Shown: in pieces, positions 1 through 10,386 of the stretch | Layout: each line of letters starts with the position of its first letter | Numbering within the stretch: position 1 is the first letter of the stretch | Made by a program: the position numbers and the translations under genes | Assembly (NCBI GenBank): GCA_965223265.1 | Contig: OZ244999.1 | Span: 8,384,001 to 8,448,000, forward strand | Reading direction: 5' to 3' | DNA: 64,000 nucleotides | From: Planctomycetota bacterium | GTDB taxonomy: Bacteria; Planctomycetota; UBA8108; SXIK01 | The notes under the pieces: model-generated | What the model saw: only the letters and a program-made list of their open reading frames with translations | Database searches by the model: none | What the model was told of the DNA's origin: nothing

Positions 1-931
1 GTCCGATCGTCGGCCAGAGGGAATCGGAGCAGCCACTGATCGAGCTTGACTGATCACCCTCACGCGTCCTCCAGCCATAGTTCTCGCCGCCATCGCTTGA
101 AGCGGACTGAAAGTCGATCTCCTCGATGCGCCACTGGCCGACATCACCGATGTAGAGGTCTCCTGTTTCAGAGTCGAAAGCGTATCGCCACGGATTGCGC
201 AGTCCGACCGCCCAAATCTCATCAGGCACTTGCGCGTCATCTACGAAGGGATTGCTTGCAGGAATACCGTAAACCGGGTCTCGCTGCGGATCGATGTCGT
301 CGACGTCGAGGCGAAGCATCTTGCCGAGCAAAGACGAGGGCCTCTGGGAGTCGTCAACGGGGTCGCAGCTGCCGCCGCCGTCTCCAGTCCCAATGTAGAG
401 GTAGCCGTCGACGGGACTGAACGCCAGCTGCCCGGCATTGTGGTTGAGATTCGTCTGTGCGATCTCCAGCAGCACCAGCTTCGACGTCGGTTCGGCGCGA
501 TCAGGGTCCGCCGCCGAAACCTGAAATCTGGCGATCACCGTCCGTTCCTGTCGCTCTCCGGCGGCAGCAGGACGGATGTAATTGACGAAAAAGAAACCGT
601 TTTCGGCGTAGTTGGGATGAAAGGCCAGACCGAGTAGGCCCCGTTCGTCGCAGCACGCCACGTCAAGGTTGAGGAAAGGATCGGCGTCGATTGAGCCGTC
701 GGCCAACCGGATGATGCGGATCGTTCCGGTTTGCTCGACGACGAAGAGCCGAGCCGTATCGCCGGCAGGAGCCTGGATGTCCACCGGTGCGACGAGACCG
801 CTCGCCACGGGCTCTAAAATCAGATCGTCGCCAAGAACGGGCTCGATGCCTTGGCAGTCGGCAGCCCGCACTCCGGTCGCGGCGAGAAGCAGGCAGAACA
901 GGCTCATTTTGGTCAAACGATGATTGGACAT
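1..931 (-). CDS. PQQ-dependent sugar dehydrogenase (GSDH beta-propeller), secreted; 3' end runs off the window
   Basis: Missing from the ORF track. Manual minus-strand reading gives MSNHRLTKMSLFCLLLAATGVRA (signal peptide), then RLFVVEQTG, ERGLLGLAFHPNY, NHNAGQLAF, LYIGTGDGG, LLGKMLRLDVD, EIWAVGLRNPWR, GDVGQ, NYGW. Alternative starts at 940 or 907. Confidence 0.88.
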   Translation of the reverse strand, partial: MSNHRLTKMSLFCLLLAATGVRAADCQGIEPVLGDDLILEPVASGLVAPVDIQAPAGDTARLFVVEQTGTIRIIRLADGSIDADPFLNLDVACCDERGLLGLAFHPNYAENGFFFVNYIRPAAAGERQERTVIARFQVSAADPDRAEPTSKLVLLEIAQTNLNHNAGQLAFSPVDGYLYIGTGDGGGSCDPVDDSQRPSSLLGKMLRLDVDDIDPQRDPVYGIPASNPFVDDAQVPDEIWAVGLRNPWRYAFDSETGDLYIGDVGQWRIEEIDFQSASSDGGENYGWRTREGDQSSSISGCSDSLWPTIG

Positions 932-1514
932 GCGGGGCATGGGCGGAGCGCCGGAAGGGGGATGGGGAGTGAAGTCAGGTGCGACGACGCTAAGGCGTAA
1001 CTGGTGTAGGCGCGCGCCGTTGACGGAGCTCCCAACTCTACCCCAATACAGCGAAAAAACGACGGCAAAAAACCGCTTCCCGGGAAGAGCCGCGAGCCGG
1101 CGGTGAGCCCTAAGCCCTGGGCAAGACGCGCGCGCTCCGGGTGCGCCGACGCGGCACGTTGGGGTTGAACCGATTAGGGCCCGCTGACGACGGTCAGCAT
1201 GGCGGTCGCGCGCGTCAGCGCTCTCCGGCGCGAAACCTTCGCCGACGAGCCCCTCCGGTGACGGAATAGCGACGCCAACATCGCACGAACCACTAGCGAT
1301 GGCGGTCGCGCGGACACGGCGATGGCCTTGCGCCTGTCAGGATGAAATTAGGTTTTGCCCGCGGCTCGGAGGGAAAGCTATTCTACTCCTCGCTTTTCTC
1401 CAGGCCGTGAAGACTGCGCCTTAGGAGCTTCGTGCGCTGCGCTTCGTTGATCGAGCACACGACCTTGGCGTTCTCGCCGTACTAATGATCCATCACGCCA
1501 TCTTGGGAGACTTC

Positions 1515-4500
1515 ATGTCTTCGCAGTCCCGATTCTCATCTCAAGTTGCGCAGAGACTTGAGCATTGGAAACACAAGCTCGTCGATCTGTCGCGTCGCAA
1601 TCGGTTGGTCCACTATCGGCCGGCGTCGAAGAGCAGTGTTCGCGTCATCGATGAGTTGCCGCCCGAGATTTTCCGCATGACGGTGCTCAAACGCGTCTCG
1701 CTCACACTGACGCCCGGGGATCCCGACTCTAGCGCTGGCTCCGGTGCGAGCCAGTCACAGCCGTACGAGCCGTACGAGCCCGACCAGCTCGAAGCGCATC
1801 AAATGGATCGCGCGCTCAAGACCGATCTCGAGAAAGAACGACTCGGCACCAATCTGCTGCACATTTACCGTAAAGCGCGTTCGATCGAGGAGGAGCATGG
1901 TTACAACACCCTCTTTCTCGCTCTCGGGTTCCTCGAGTGGTACGAGTCCGAGACCTCCGATGAGCTCATCCACTCGCCTCTCGTGCTTGTGCCCGTCGAG
2001 CTCACACGGCGGCAGGCTGGGGGACAGTTTCATCTACGGTCGCGCGACGAAGATCCAATTCTGAACCCGGCGCTCGAGCAGCGGCTGACTCGTGAACTCT
2101 CGGTGCGCCTGCCGGTTCTGCCTGACGATCTCGACGATTTCGAGCCGCGCGAGTTCTTCAACGAGCTCGCTCTTTCGGTTGCGGTTCAGAAACGCTGGCG
2201 TATGACGACGTCGATTTATCTCGGCCTTTTCTCGTTTACGAAATTCACGATGTACAAGGATCTCGAGGCTCACCCCGAGGCTTTCGCGACGCACTCTCTC
2301 GTCGCCGCGCTTGCCGGTGATGTTGAGTCACGCCAAAGCCTGCGCGCGCCCATGGCTCCTCGCGGCGCCGAGCTCGACCAGCTCGATCCGTCTGCTTGTT
2401 TTCATGTCATGGATGTCGACTCCAGCCAGCAGGAGGCCATCGAAGCTGTCAAGAACGGCAGCAATCTTGTGATCGAAGGGCCGCCGGGGACAGGTAAGTC
2501 GCAGACGATCGCGAATCTGATCGCCGAGTGCCTCGCAGCTGGCAAGAGCGTCTTGTTCGTGAGCGAGAAGATGGCAGCGCTTGAGGTTGTCTATCGACGA
2601 CTCGAGAGGTGTGGGTTGAGTGACTACTGCTTCGAGCTTCACAGTCACAAGACGACTCGCCGCCGCGTCATCGAGGAGCTTCGTCGGGTACTCGACTTGC
2701 CGCCCGAGAAACGGAGCGTGAAGCCGGAGGTGTTAGAACGACTCCTCGATGCCCGCGAGACACTCAATCAGTATGTTCGCGCGCTGCACGCGCCGGTCGC
2801 ACCGCTCGAAGAAGCACCTTACGATGTCATGGCTCTGCTGTCATTGAGGCCGGAACCCGAAATGACGGCCGACATCTTCCTGCGTGGGGCTGGTGATTTC
2901 GACGCGCCGCGGTTCTCTGCGGCGCGGGAGGCGCTTGTCGATCTTGCCCGCGCCCTCGATCGCGTCCGTCCGTGCGACGAGCATCCTTGTAGAGGGATCG
3001 GGTTAACGGCGATCGACTACGAAGGTCGCCGCGCTCTGCGGCGACTCCTGGAGCGAGTTCTCGAGGCTCACGCAACGCTCGAGCGCGTTGCGGGCGACGT
3101 CGCGGCGCAGCTGCAGACCGACCCACCGACGACCATAGCGAGTGCGCGAGATCTGCACACGCTTGCTCGGCTGTTGGCGACCAGCCCGCGGCCGAGTATG
3201 GAGCTGCTAATCGGTGAGGCGTTCGAGGCGCTCGAGCCAGCCGCCCGGCACGTAGCGGAGCTCGGCGCCGATCTTGAAACGTCCACTCAGCGGTTGTTGA
3301 CGCAGTTTCACGAGACGATGCTGAGCGTCGATGTGGAGCCTGTTTGGCGTTGGTGGAAAGACAACGCGCGAAGCATCCTCCGGTTCGTGAAACCAAGTTT
3401 TTGGCGTCACCGGAGGGCAGTTCGTTCGTGGACTCGTTCAAAGCTTGAGCACGAAGAAGTCGTGAACGGGCTTGGCGAGGCGGTGCGCCTACGGTCCGTC
3501 CGTGCGGAGATCGAAGAATTCGACGGCACGGCCTTCACTACACAGTGGCGAGGCGTCCAGACCGATTGGGCGGCGTACTCTAGCTATCTCGATTGGATCA
3601 AGAGTTTTCGCGAGCTGCGCCAGCGCGGTCGTGTCTCCGATGCGATCTTGACCTTGGCACTTGATGGTCACGACGTGGGAGAGATCCGCGAGCGACTTGA
3701 GAGTGCGTGTACGGCAATGGAAGAGGCATGGGACGCGTTTGTTGAAGGCGCGGACTATGCCGATACCGACCTCGAACTTGAAGCTCTACGCGACCGGCTG
3801 GAGGGTTTGGAGGAGGGACTTGACCGCCTGGACGATTGGGTTCGGTACCGTCACCAGTTGGCGCATGCCAAGGCTTCGGACGCAGCGTCACTCGTCGACG
3901 TGGTCCACGAGGTCTCCACCGATCAGATCGGGGAGGTTTTCGAACGCTTCTTTTATCGATCATGGATCGAAGAGGTCTTGCCGGAGATTCCCGAGATCCG
4001 CTCGTTCGACGCGTCGGCGCACGAAGACTTGATCGAGAAGTTTCGCGAACTCGACTCGAAGCTGATCGAGCTCAATCGCATTCGTGCTCAGCGCACGCTC
4101 GCGAGTCGGCTACCGGATCGCGACTGGGAGGCATCAACGGGGTCGGATCTTGGACTCTTGCAGCGTGAAGTGCGCAAGAAACGGGGTCACGTGCCGTTGC
4201 GGAAGCTCTTCGCTCGGGTTCCACGGTCGCTGCGCCGCTTGAAGCCGTGCATGATGATGAGCCCACTCTCCGTAGCGCAGTTCCTCGAACCGACCGCCGA
4301 ACCGTTTGACATCGTCGTCTTTGACGAGGCCAGTCAGATTTCTACCGAGGACGCGCTCGGAGCGATTGCCCGGGGAAGACAACTCGTCGTCGTCGGCGAC
4401 AGCAAACAGTTGCCACCGACGCCGTTTTTTCGCAGCGAGCTCCCGGACGGCGAACCGGGCGACGAGGAAGTCGGGGAAGGCGACCTCGAAAGCGTGCTAG

Positions 4501-6302
4501 ACGAGTGTGTCACGGTGTTTCCCCACCGAGCGCTTCTCCGTTGGCACTATCGAAGCCGAAGCGAAGCACTCATCGCGTTTTCGAATCATACGTACTACGG
4601 TGACCAGCTCTTCACCTTCCCCTCGCCCCGCGACGGCGGGGCTCAACTGGGCGTCCAGTTCGTGCATGTTTCTGATGGCGTGTACGACCGCGGCGGCACG
4701 GGAAAGAATGCGATTGAAGCTGCACACGTCGCGGCAGCCGTGTTTGAACAGTTGAAGGAGTTTCCTGACAAGAGCGTCGGTGTGGGAGCATTCAGCGTCG
4801 CGCAGCAGGAGGCGATCGACGATGCGCTCGAAGAGCTGCGCCGTGAGGATGCATCGCTCGAGAGTCATTTCGACCACAGCCACCCTGAGTACTGTTTCGT
4901 CAAGAATCTCGAATCGATCCAAGGTGACGAGCGCGATGTGATTTTCCTCAGTGTCGGCTACGGGCGCGACCCGGATGGACGTATGTCGATGAACTTCGGT
5001 CCGCTGAACCAACAGGGTGGGGCCCGGCGACTCAACGTGCTCGTGACGCGCGCGCGAGAGCTCGTGCGTGTCTTTTCGTCGATCACAGCGGAGGACGTCG
5101 ATCTCAGCCGTACTGCGGCCGAAGGTGTCAGCAACCTCCGCTCGTACCTCGACTACGCACGACGCGGCACTGACGCCCTGAGAATCGCTGGCGAAGCGGA
5201 CGCCGCTGACAGTGACCCCCTCGCTGTTTCGGTACAGCGGCGTCTCGAGGCGGAGGGCTGCGAAGTCGGCTTGAGCGTCGGATACTCGGGTTATCGAGTC
5301 GATCTCGCCGTGCGCGATCGGCAACGCTGGAGTCTCGGCATCGAGCTCGACGGCGCGACGTATGGTCTTGCCTCGACGGCGCGCGATCGCGACCGACTTC
5401 GTGGGCAAGTGATGGCACGACTCGGTTGGCGTCTGCACCGCATCTGGTCGCCGGAGTGGTTCCGCGATCAAGAGCGCGAGTTTTCGCGGCTCCTCGGTGC
5501 GGTCAAGGCTGCGCGTCAGGAGTCTGATGATGGCGCGTCGGACGAAGAAGCCCAGGTCGGCTCCTCCGCAGACGCTCGCACCGCCGACGTCAAGCTGACA
5601 GGTGGCACGGCCCAGGTCGAGGAGGAGGCCTTCTTCGAGGAGAGCACAGCCGCAGAGGATGCCGCCGTGATTCCCTACGAACTGACGGAGGTGAGCGAGT
5701 TCGGGGACAATCAAGCGTTCTTTCGACAGCGAGTCACGAGACTGGTGCGTCTGCTTCGCGACGTCGTTCGCACCGAAGGGCCGATTCATACCACCGAAGC
5801 GATTCGACGTGTGGCGCAGCACTGGGGCATCAAGCGTCTGACGGCGAAGGTGACCGACGTGATGGAGTCGACGATCGCCAAGTGTCTGCGCGAGGAGAAG
5901 ATCGTGCAACGCGGTGATTTCTTCTGGCCGCCTGGGTTGGACCAGTCGCCGATTCGTCGCCGCGACTCGAGCGCGCCTCGCGATCCTGAGTTGATCGCCC
6001 CCGAGGAGATCGCAGCCGCAATCACCCTGATCCTCCACAAAGAGTATCGCGTCGCGGGCGCCGGCTTGATCGACCGCACGGCTCGTATCCTCGGGTTTTC
6101 GCGCACCGGATCGAGAGTCAAACAGCGACTCGAGGACATTCTCGAGGATCTACTGCGCGCCGGCGAGGTAGTGGAGAACGACGGAGAGTATCGTGCTGCT
6201 GCTGCCGCACCGGCGAATCTGGAGAGCGACCAACAGATTCAGGCCGAAGGCACCAGCGAAAGCACGTCGAGTGAAGACCAGGGCGACGGGAAGGACGGCT
6301 GA
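1515..6302 (+). CDS. DUF4011 / SF1 (Upf1-like AAA_11/AAA_12) helicase / Vsr-like REase / DUF3320 protein (HheA-like candidate defence protein)
   Basis: N-terminal WKHKLVDLSRRNRL and LFLALGFLEW (DUF4011). Walker A GPPGTGKS, FDEASQ, GDSKQLPP, HYRS, QGDERD, RRLNVLVTRAR. REase-like YRVDLAV...GIELDG...LGWRLHRIWS. C-terminal wHTH-like region. GGAGA RBS precedes ATG 1515 (ORF track start is 1485). Confidence 0.88.
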   Translation: MSSQSRFSSQVAQRLEHWKHKLVDLSRRNRLVHYRPASKSSVRVIDELPPEIFRMTVLKRVSLTLTPGDPDSSAGSGASQSQPYEPYEPDQLEAHQMDRALKTDLEKERLGTNLLHIYRKARSIEEEHGYNTLFLALGFLEWYESETSDELIHSPLVLVPVELTRRQAGGQFHLRSRDEDPILNPALEQRLTRELSVRLPVLPDDLDDFEPREFFNELALSVAVQKRWRMTTSIYLGLFSFTKFTMYKDLEAHPEAFATHSLVAALAGDVESRQSLRAPMAPRGAELDQLDPSACFHVMDVDSSQQEAIEAVKNGSNLVIEGPPGTGKSQTIANLIAECLAAGKSVLFVSEKMAALEVVYRRLERCGLSDYCFELHSHKTTRRRVIEELRRVLDLPPEKRSVKPEVLERLLDARETLNQYVRALHAPVAPLEEAPYDVMALLSLRPEPEMTADIFLRGAGDFDAPRFSAAREALVDLARALDRVRPCDEHPCRGIGLTAIDYEGRRALRRLLERVLEAHATLERVAGDVAAQLQTDPPTTIASARDLHTLARLLATSPRPSMELLIGEAFEALEPAARHVAELGADLETSTQRLLTQFHETMLSVDVEPVWRWWKDNARSILRFVKPSFWRHRRAVRSWTRSKLEHEEVVNGLGEAVRLRSVRAEIEEFDGTAFTTQWRGVQTDWAAYSSYLDWIKSFRELRQRGRVSDAILTLALDGHDVGEIRERLESACTAMEEAWDAFVEGADYADTDLELEALRDRLEGLEEGLDRLDDWVRYRHQLAHAKASDAASLVDVVHEVSTDQIGEVFERFFYRSWIEEVLPEIPEIRSFDASAHEDLIEKFRELDSKLIELNRIRAQRTLASRLPDRDWEASTGSDLGLLQREVRKKRGHVPLRKLFARVPRSLRRLKPCMMMSPLSVAQFLEPTAEPFDIVVFDEASQISTEDALGAIARGRQLVVVGDSKQLPPTPFFRSELPDGEPGDEEVGEGDLESVLDECVTVFPHRALLRWHYRSRSEALIAFSNHTYYGDQLFTFPSPRDGGAQLGVQFVHVSDGVYDRGGTGKNAIEAAHVAAAVFEQLKEFPDKSVGVGAFSVAQQEAIDDALEELRREDASLESHFDHSHPEYCFVKNLESIQGDERDVIFLSVGYGRDPDGRMSMNFGPLNQQGGARRLNVLVTRARELVRVFSSITAEDVDLSRTAAEGVSNLRSYLDYARRGTDALRIAGEADAADSDPLAVSVQRRLEAEGCEVGLSVGYSGYRVDLAVRDRQRWSLGIELDGATYGLASTARDRDRLRGQVMARLGWRLHRIWSPEWFRDQEREFSRLLGAVKAARQESDDGASDEEAQVGSSADARTADVKLTGGTAQVEEEAFFEESTAAEDAAVIPYELTEVSEFGDNQAFFRQRVTRLVRLLRDVVRTEGPIHTTEAIRRVAQHWGIKRLTAKVTDVMESTIAKCLREEKIVQRGDFFWPPGLDQSPIRRRDSSAPRDPELIAPEEIAAAITLILHKEYRVAGAGLIDRTARILGFSRTGSRVKQRLEDILEDLLRAGEVVENDGEYRAAAAAPANLESDQQIQAEGTSESTSSEDQGDGKDG

Positions 6303-6367
6303 GCGCCGCGATGCTGCGGTCGTTTCGGTGCTCTTCGTCCGTCATGCCTCCTTGGTGGAGAACGCGC

Positions 6368-8035
6368 TCAGGAGTGCGGGCCGTAAGATTTCAGCGTCCG
6401 ATACTCGCCACCGGAGCGTTCTGCGAGCAGTCGGAGCAGCTCCGAGGCGCGGCCGACTGAGATCGTATGGATGCGCGCTGGCAGGATCCGTCGATTGTTT
6501 GCTGCCTCGACGGCGCCCAGAAACCTTCTCGTCCGCGGTGAATCGAGCCCGTGATCGCGTCGACCTCCATTCAGGCCGTCGGTGAGCAGAAAGAGATTGA
6601 GCGAACTCGATCGTTCATCCCACGGCGAGGGGCCTCCGGAGTCAATCAATCCGTGCGGCTGTTCGATGTCGGTGTGACGCAGTACGTAGATCAAGGGTTC
6701 GAGGATGTGTGTGCCCGCGCGATTTTGCAGGCTCCCGACAAATTCGAGAGCAGCCCGACGCTCCTCCCCCGCGAGTCGGGTGGGTTGAGATCGCCATTGG
6801 CCAAACGAAGCGTTGAACCAGAGCACGTTGGCACGCAGCGAATCCGGCGCACCTCTCAAGAGGCGAGATAGTTCAGCTTTCGCGACATCGACACGCCTTT
6901 TAACACCCTCTCTCACTCGCGGCGGCGGTCGAAGCGGGCTCTTGCGCTTGGGCGCTTCAGCGTCCTCCCGTTGGCGCCGAAAATACGGCATTGTGCGAAG
7001 CATCGAATTGGAAACGTCGATCAGAAAGATCGCCCGATCGGAGAGCAGCTCGATGCCAAAGTATTGGCCGTAAGACTTCGGGGGCGCTTCAGAAACCTCC
7101 GGCCGAACTCGCGTCCGGCCGTGTCGCTTGGTGTTTTCATCCGCCGTCGCCGGTAGATCGCTCTGAAAACGGAACTCCGCTTTCGCCTGCTTCCACCACC
7201 TCTGCCATAGCTCGCCCCGTTCGCCGAAATCCTTCCCGGTGTGGAGATGGAGGAGTCGCCGCGCATCGATGAGCTGTCGAACGTGGTAGCGCTCGCGAAG
7301 AAAGTCTATGAGGGCGTCGATCGCTTCGATGCGCCTCGTTGACGCGAGAAGGCGAGAGGCTTCACGGCGGATGTCTTGTTTCCAGTGGCCGAGTGCCGAA
7401 ACCATCGTGCCCACCGCTTCCTCTCTTCGGCTGCGCCCGAGAGCCCGCAACGCGACAAAACGAAGTACGGGGTCGTCGGCGGCGAACGTGCGCTTCGCGA
7501 GGGCCATGGCTTCGGGTGTGCTGTCACCCACGAGCTGCTCCAGACGACGGCGGTCGAATTTCTCGCGAACTTTTGTCGTCGGCGTACGGAGGTAGCGCTC
7601 GATCGATTGGGCAGAAGCTTCGGAACCTAGGAGCGCGAGCGCTTCGAGACTCATCGCCTGGACGCGACTGGAGGCGTGTTGGAGGAGCGCTTCGAGGTGA
7701 GGTCGTGCCGCTTCGATCTTCAGGATTCCGATCGTCTCGATCAGCGGCGCAAGACGCGACGGGTCATGTGCCAGCTCTCTCAACGCCTCGTCCTCCAGCC
7801 ACTGGCGAAGTCGGAGTTTGCCGACATGGCTCTCAAGGGCATGAATCAACCGTTCGCCGAAGGGCGCACGCAGGTCATCGACGGCGCGGGCCGCCGGAAC
7901 GAACGCCATGACCAAATCCCTGAGGTTCGTGACTGTCGTCGCTTCCGCGCTGGGGGCGTCTGAAGACGCCTGGGCGCGGACAGTGCTATTCAAATGCGGC
8001 AGCAACGCCGCGAGCCAGATCAAGATCACTTTCAT
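6368..8035 (-). CDS. Secreted HEAT-repeat + vWA domain protein
   Basis: Signal peptide; HEAT-like repeats (LRFVALRALG, IRREASRLLA); HTGKDFG..W.RWW; MIDAS motif DVSNS...GT...LLTDG; terminal LLRLLAERSGGEY. Confidence 0.75.
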   Translation of the reverse strand: MKVILIWLAALLPHLNSTVRAQASSDAPSAEATTVTNLRDLVMAFVPAARAVDDLRAPFGERLIHALESHVGKLRLRQWLEDEALRELAHDPSRLAPLIETIGILKIEAARPHLEALLQHASSRVQAMSLEALALLGSEASAQSIERYLRTPTTKVREKFDRRRLEQLVGDSTPEAMALAKRTFAADDPVLRFVALRALGRSRREEAVGTMVSALGHWKQDIRREASRLLASTRRIEAIDALIDFLRERYHVRQLIDARRLLHLHTGKDFGERGELWQRWWKQAKAEFRFQSDLPATADENTKRHGRTRVRPEVSEAPPKSYGQYFGIELLSDRAIFLIDVSNSMLRTMPYFRRQREDAEAPKRKSPLRPPPRVREGVKRRVDVAKAELSRLLRGAPDSLRANVLWFNASFGQWRSQPTRLAGEERRAALEFVGSLQNRAGTHILEPLIYVLRHTDIEQPHGLIDSGGPSPWDERSSSLNLFLLTDGLNGGRRDHGLDSPRTRRFLGAVEAANNRRILPARIHTISVGRASELLRLLAERSGGEYRTLKSYGPHS

Positions 8036-8253
8036 GGATGAGTCCTCACTCGTGGAAATGCACGAGGCACGAACTCTTCTCTCTCAGTAACAACCATACC
8101 GACTGTTTGGGAGCCGCCACAGCTCGAACTGGTCCGTAGCGCCAGCCAGATTAGTACGAATCAAGCTTCCGGGTCTCTCCCGCGAGAGCCTTCGCGCCGT
8201 TTCCCCAAAGGCGGAACCGCCGCTTTGACAATCGCCGCGGTGCGGCAGAGCCT

Positions 8254-9201
8254 CTACTCCGCGCCACGCCCCGTGTCGGAGCCGAGGCCGAGCAGTCGCC
8301 GGTAAACGGCGTCGATGAGTTCCTCTGGCGTCGACGTTCCCGCGGTCAAGCCGACCGCTGAGAAGGCCTCGAACCATCGCGGATCGACGTCCGCCGCGGT
8401 CTGGACGTGGAATGCCGGCCGGCCAAGCCTCCGCACCTTACGGACCAGCTCCCGCGTGTTGTTCGAGTGTTTACCGCCGACGACGATAACGGCCTCAACT
8501 TCGCCGACGAGAGCGTCGATCGCCTCCTGGCGGTCGCGCGTCGGCGTGCAGATCGTGTCGATGAATCGCAGTTTCGCGCGCGGGTTGAGTTCACGAATGC
8601 GCCGCTCGAGTCGCGCGGCGGCGGCTGGCGACGTTGTCGACTGACACACGACCCCGATCCTCTCCCGGTTCCAACAAACGACGTCGTCGAGGCTTGAGAC
8701 GACGTCGTAACACTCCAAATCGTCGACGATGCCGATCACTTCTGCGTGCCCCGGTTTGCCCAGAATTACGACGAAGTACTCCTCACTTTGTAGCTGCATC
8801 GCGGCGCGATGGACCGCACGAACGAGCGGGCACGTCGTATCGATCAATGTGCGTCCCGTCGATCGCAGTCGTGTCTCCTCCTTGCGACTGATGCCGTGCG
8901 CAGTGACGAGAACCTCCTGTCGACAATCGTCGGGACTCCGGCGCGTTTCGGGGAGCGAGTGGAATCCACGCCGACCGAGTTCTTGGACCAATTCTTCGTT
9001 GTGAACGAGCTCGCCGTAGATGCTCACATCTTCTGGCCGGGTGACTTCGCGCGCGGCGGAAATCGCGTCGCGGACCCCAAAACACATTCCCAGGGCGCTG
9101 GCCTTAACGACTCGCCACGGTTTACGGCGTCGAGCTGAACCGTCGACCGCCGGTGCACTGGACGCAACTTTGGGGGCGGGAGGTCGTAGAGGGTTTTCCA
9201 T
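8254..9201 (-). CDS. ispH: 4-hydroxy-3-methylbut-2-enyl diphosphate reductase
   Basis: GMCFGV, LVHN, TAHG, DTTCPLV, GHAEV, QST, DTICTPTRDRQ, GGKHSNNT, TAGTSTP: all three Fe-S cysteines and the His/Glu residues are present. Exact start uncertain. Confidence 0.93.
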   Translation of the reverse strand: MENPLRPPAPKVASSAPAVDGSARRRKPWRVVKASALGMCFGVRDAISAAREVTRPEDVSIYGELVHNEELVQELGRRGFHSLPETRRSPDDCRQEVLVTAHGISRKEETRLRSTGRTLIDTTCPLVRAVHRAAMQLQSEEYFVVILGKPGHAEVIGIVDDLECYDVVSSLDDVVCWNRERIGVVCQSTTSPAAAARLERRIRELNPRAKLRFIDTICTPTRDRQEAIDALVGEVEAVIVVGGKHSNNTRELVRKVRRLGRPAFHVQTAADVDPRWFEAFSAVGLTAGTSTPEELIDAVYRRLLGLGSDTGRGAE

Positions 9202-9243
9202 AACGATGACGCGTGGTCGTTTGGTCCGGGTTTCGATGAGGGG

Positions 9244-9651
9244 TCAGGAATTGAGCGCCCAGCCAGGAGGAAGGGACCTCCGAGCTGTCGACTTGCCCCT
9301 CCAGGCTTTGCGCGCTGCCATCGCGTCGCGCAGGACCGTCTCCAGGGCGTTGACGTATTCGAGGAACCGTTCGCGGCCCGTCGGAGTTAACCGACACAGA
9401 GTTTGCGGGCGCCCACTACCAGACTCCCGCTTCCAGATTTCGAGGAGGTCGGCTTCCTGCAAAACCTGGAGATGTCGACTGAGGTTGCCGTCGGTTAGAG
9501 AGCAGAGCTCTTTGAGATCGCTGAAAAGAAGACCCTCAGGATGCGATACGAGCGACGTCATGATTCCGAGTCGTGCTTTTTCGTGGAGCACTCGGTCAAG
9601 TCCGGTGTACGCGAAGCGTCCCGAAGGCAGGGGGCGTTTGCGGTCAGCCAT
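9244..9651 (-). CDS. Winged-helix transcriptional regulator (ArsR/MarR-like, HTH_34)
   Basis: LDRVLHEKARLGIMTSL...FSDLKELCSLTDGNLSRHLQVL...RPQTLCRLTPTGRERF. The MADRK start overlaps the upstream stop (ATGGCTGA). Confidence 0.85.
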   Translation of the reverse strand: MADRKRPLPSGRFAYTGLDRVLHEKARLGIMTSLVSHPEGLLFSDLKELCSLTDGNLSRHLQVLQEADLLEIWKRESGSGRPQTLCRLTPTGRERFLEYVNALETVLRDAMAARKAWRGKSTARRSLPPGWALNS

Positions 9652-10243
9652 TGTGCCTCTCGATTTTCCAATAGAGAACAGTGGCCGCGGCGAGCTGTCC
9701 CACGCCAAACGTCACGCCCATGGTCCAGGGCGCGAGACTTTGTCCACTTGGGGCTAACGCCAGAAGTGCAACGGATGAAATCAGGTAGAAGAGAGCGACC
9801 CACCCGGTCGCCCGCGGAAGATATGGGCGGGAGGCAAACACACCCAATGCAAAGATTGCTGACCAGATTCCCGGCAGTACCGGGATGCATTCGACGGCCG
9901 CGCGACCGACGCCGATGGTGACGAGGGTGCCGGCAGCGATGCACGGCAGAAACTGCCCGAGAACTCTGCGGGCCTGGCGCCGCATGTGCGGCGAGCCCTC
10001 GAAATATCGCGTCACGATTCCGATCGCTGCGATCGCAAGGCTGACGCTCGCGACAACGGCCCAGAACACCACGTATTCGAGCGGTGTCGACGGGTCGACG
10101 AAGAGCGGTTGAGTTCCGGCGCCCGCGAGCGCCACCGCGCCGGTCAGCGCAACGGGTATGGACCGATAACCGCGATAGACTTCACCCCGATCGAGGTGCT
10201 CGTGGATCTCTTCGATGCGGTTGATCGCTTCGCGGACGTGCAT
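9644..10243 (-). CDS. Uncharacterised integral membrane protein (~6 TM)
   Basis: 199 aa with several hydrophobic segments; N-terminal EAINRIEEIHEHL..YRGYR; overlaps the start of the regulator. Confidence 0.78.
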   Translation of the reverse strand: MHVREAINRIEEIHEHLDRGEVYRGYRSIPVALTGAVALAGAGTQPLFVDPSTPLEYVVFWAVVASVSLAIAAIGIVTRYFEGSPHMRRQARRVLGQFLPCIAAGTLVTIGVGRAAVECIPVLPGIWSAIFALGVFASRPYLPRATGWVALFYLISSVALLALAPSGQSLAPWTMGVTFGVGQLAAATVLYWKIERHNG

Positions 10244-10386
10244 GGATTGCCTGAGGCCTCGATTCAGTGCGCCGCAACCTGGTTGGGAGCGCTATAGTTG
10301 CCATCAGTTGAAGCTGAAAAAGTCGTTCGATCGACCTGGACACGACAAACGCCGGTGTCGACGCCCAACGTGTTCAGTCGGCTATT

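Noticed and set aside
1199-1312. 14-bp direct repeat ATGGCGGTCGCGCG, 100 bp apart, upstream of the helicase; possible CRISPR remnant
   Set aside because: Only two short GC-rich copies, no array and no cas genes.
4497-6038. 513-aa antisense ORF, and similar long shadow ORFs (15352-16497, 28439-29422, 44599-45522, 60203-61117)
   Set aside because: They lie opposite well-supported genes, show no motifs, and are expected in high-GC DNA.
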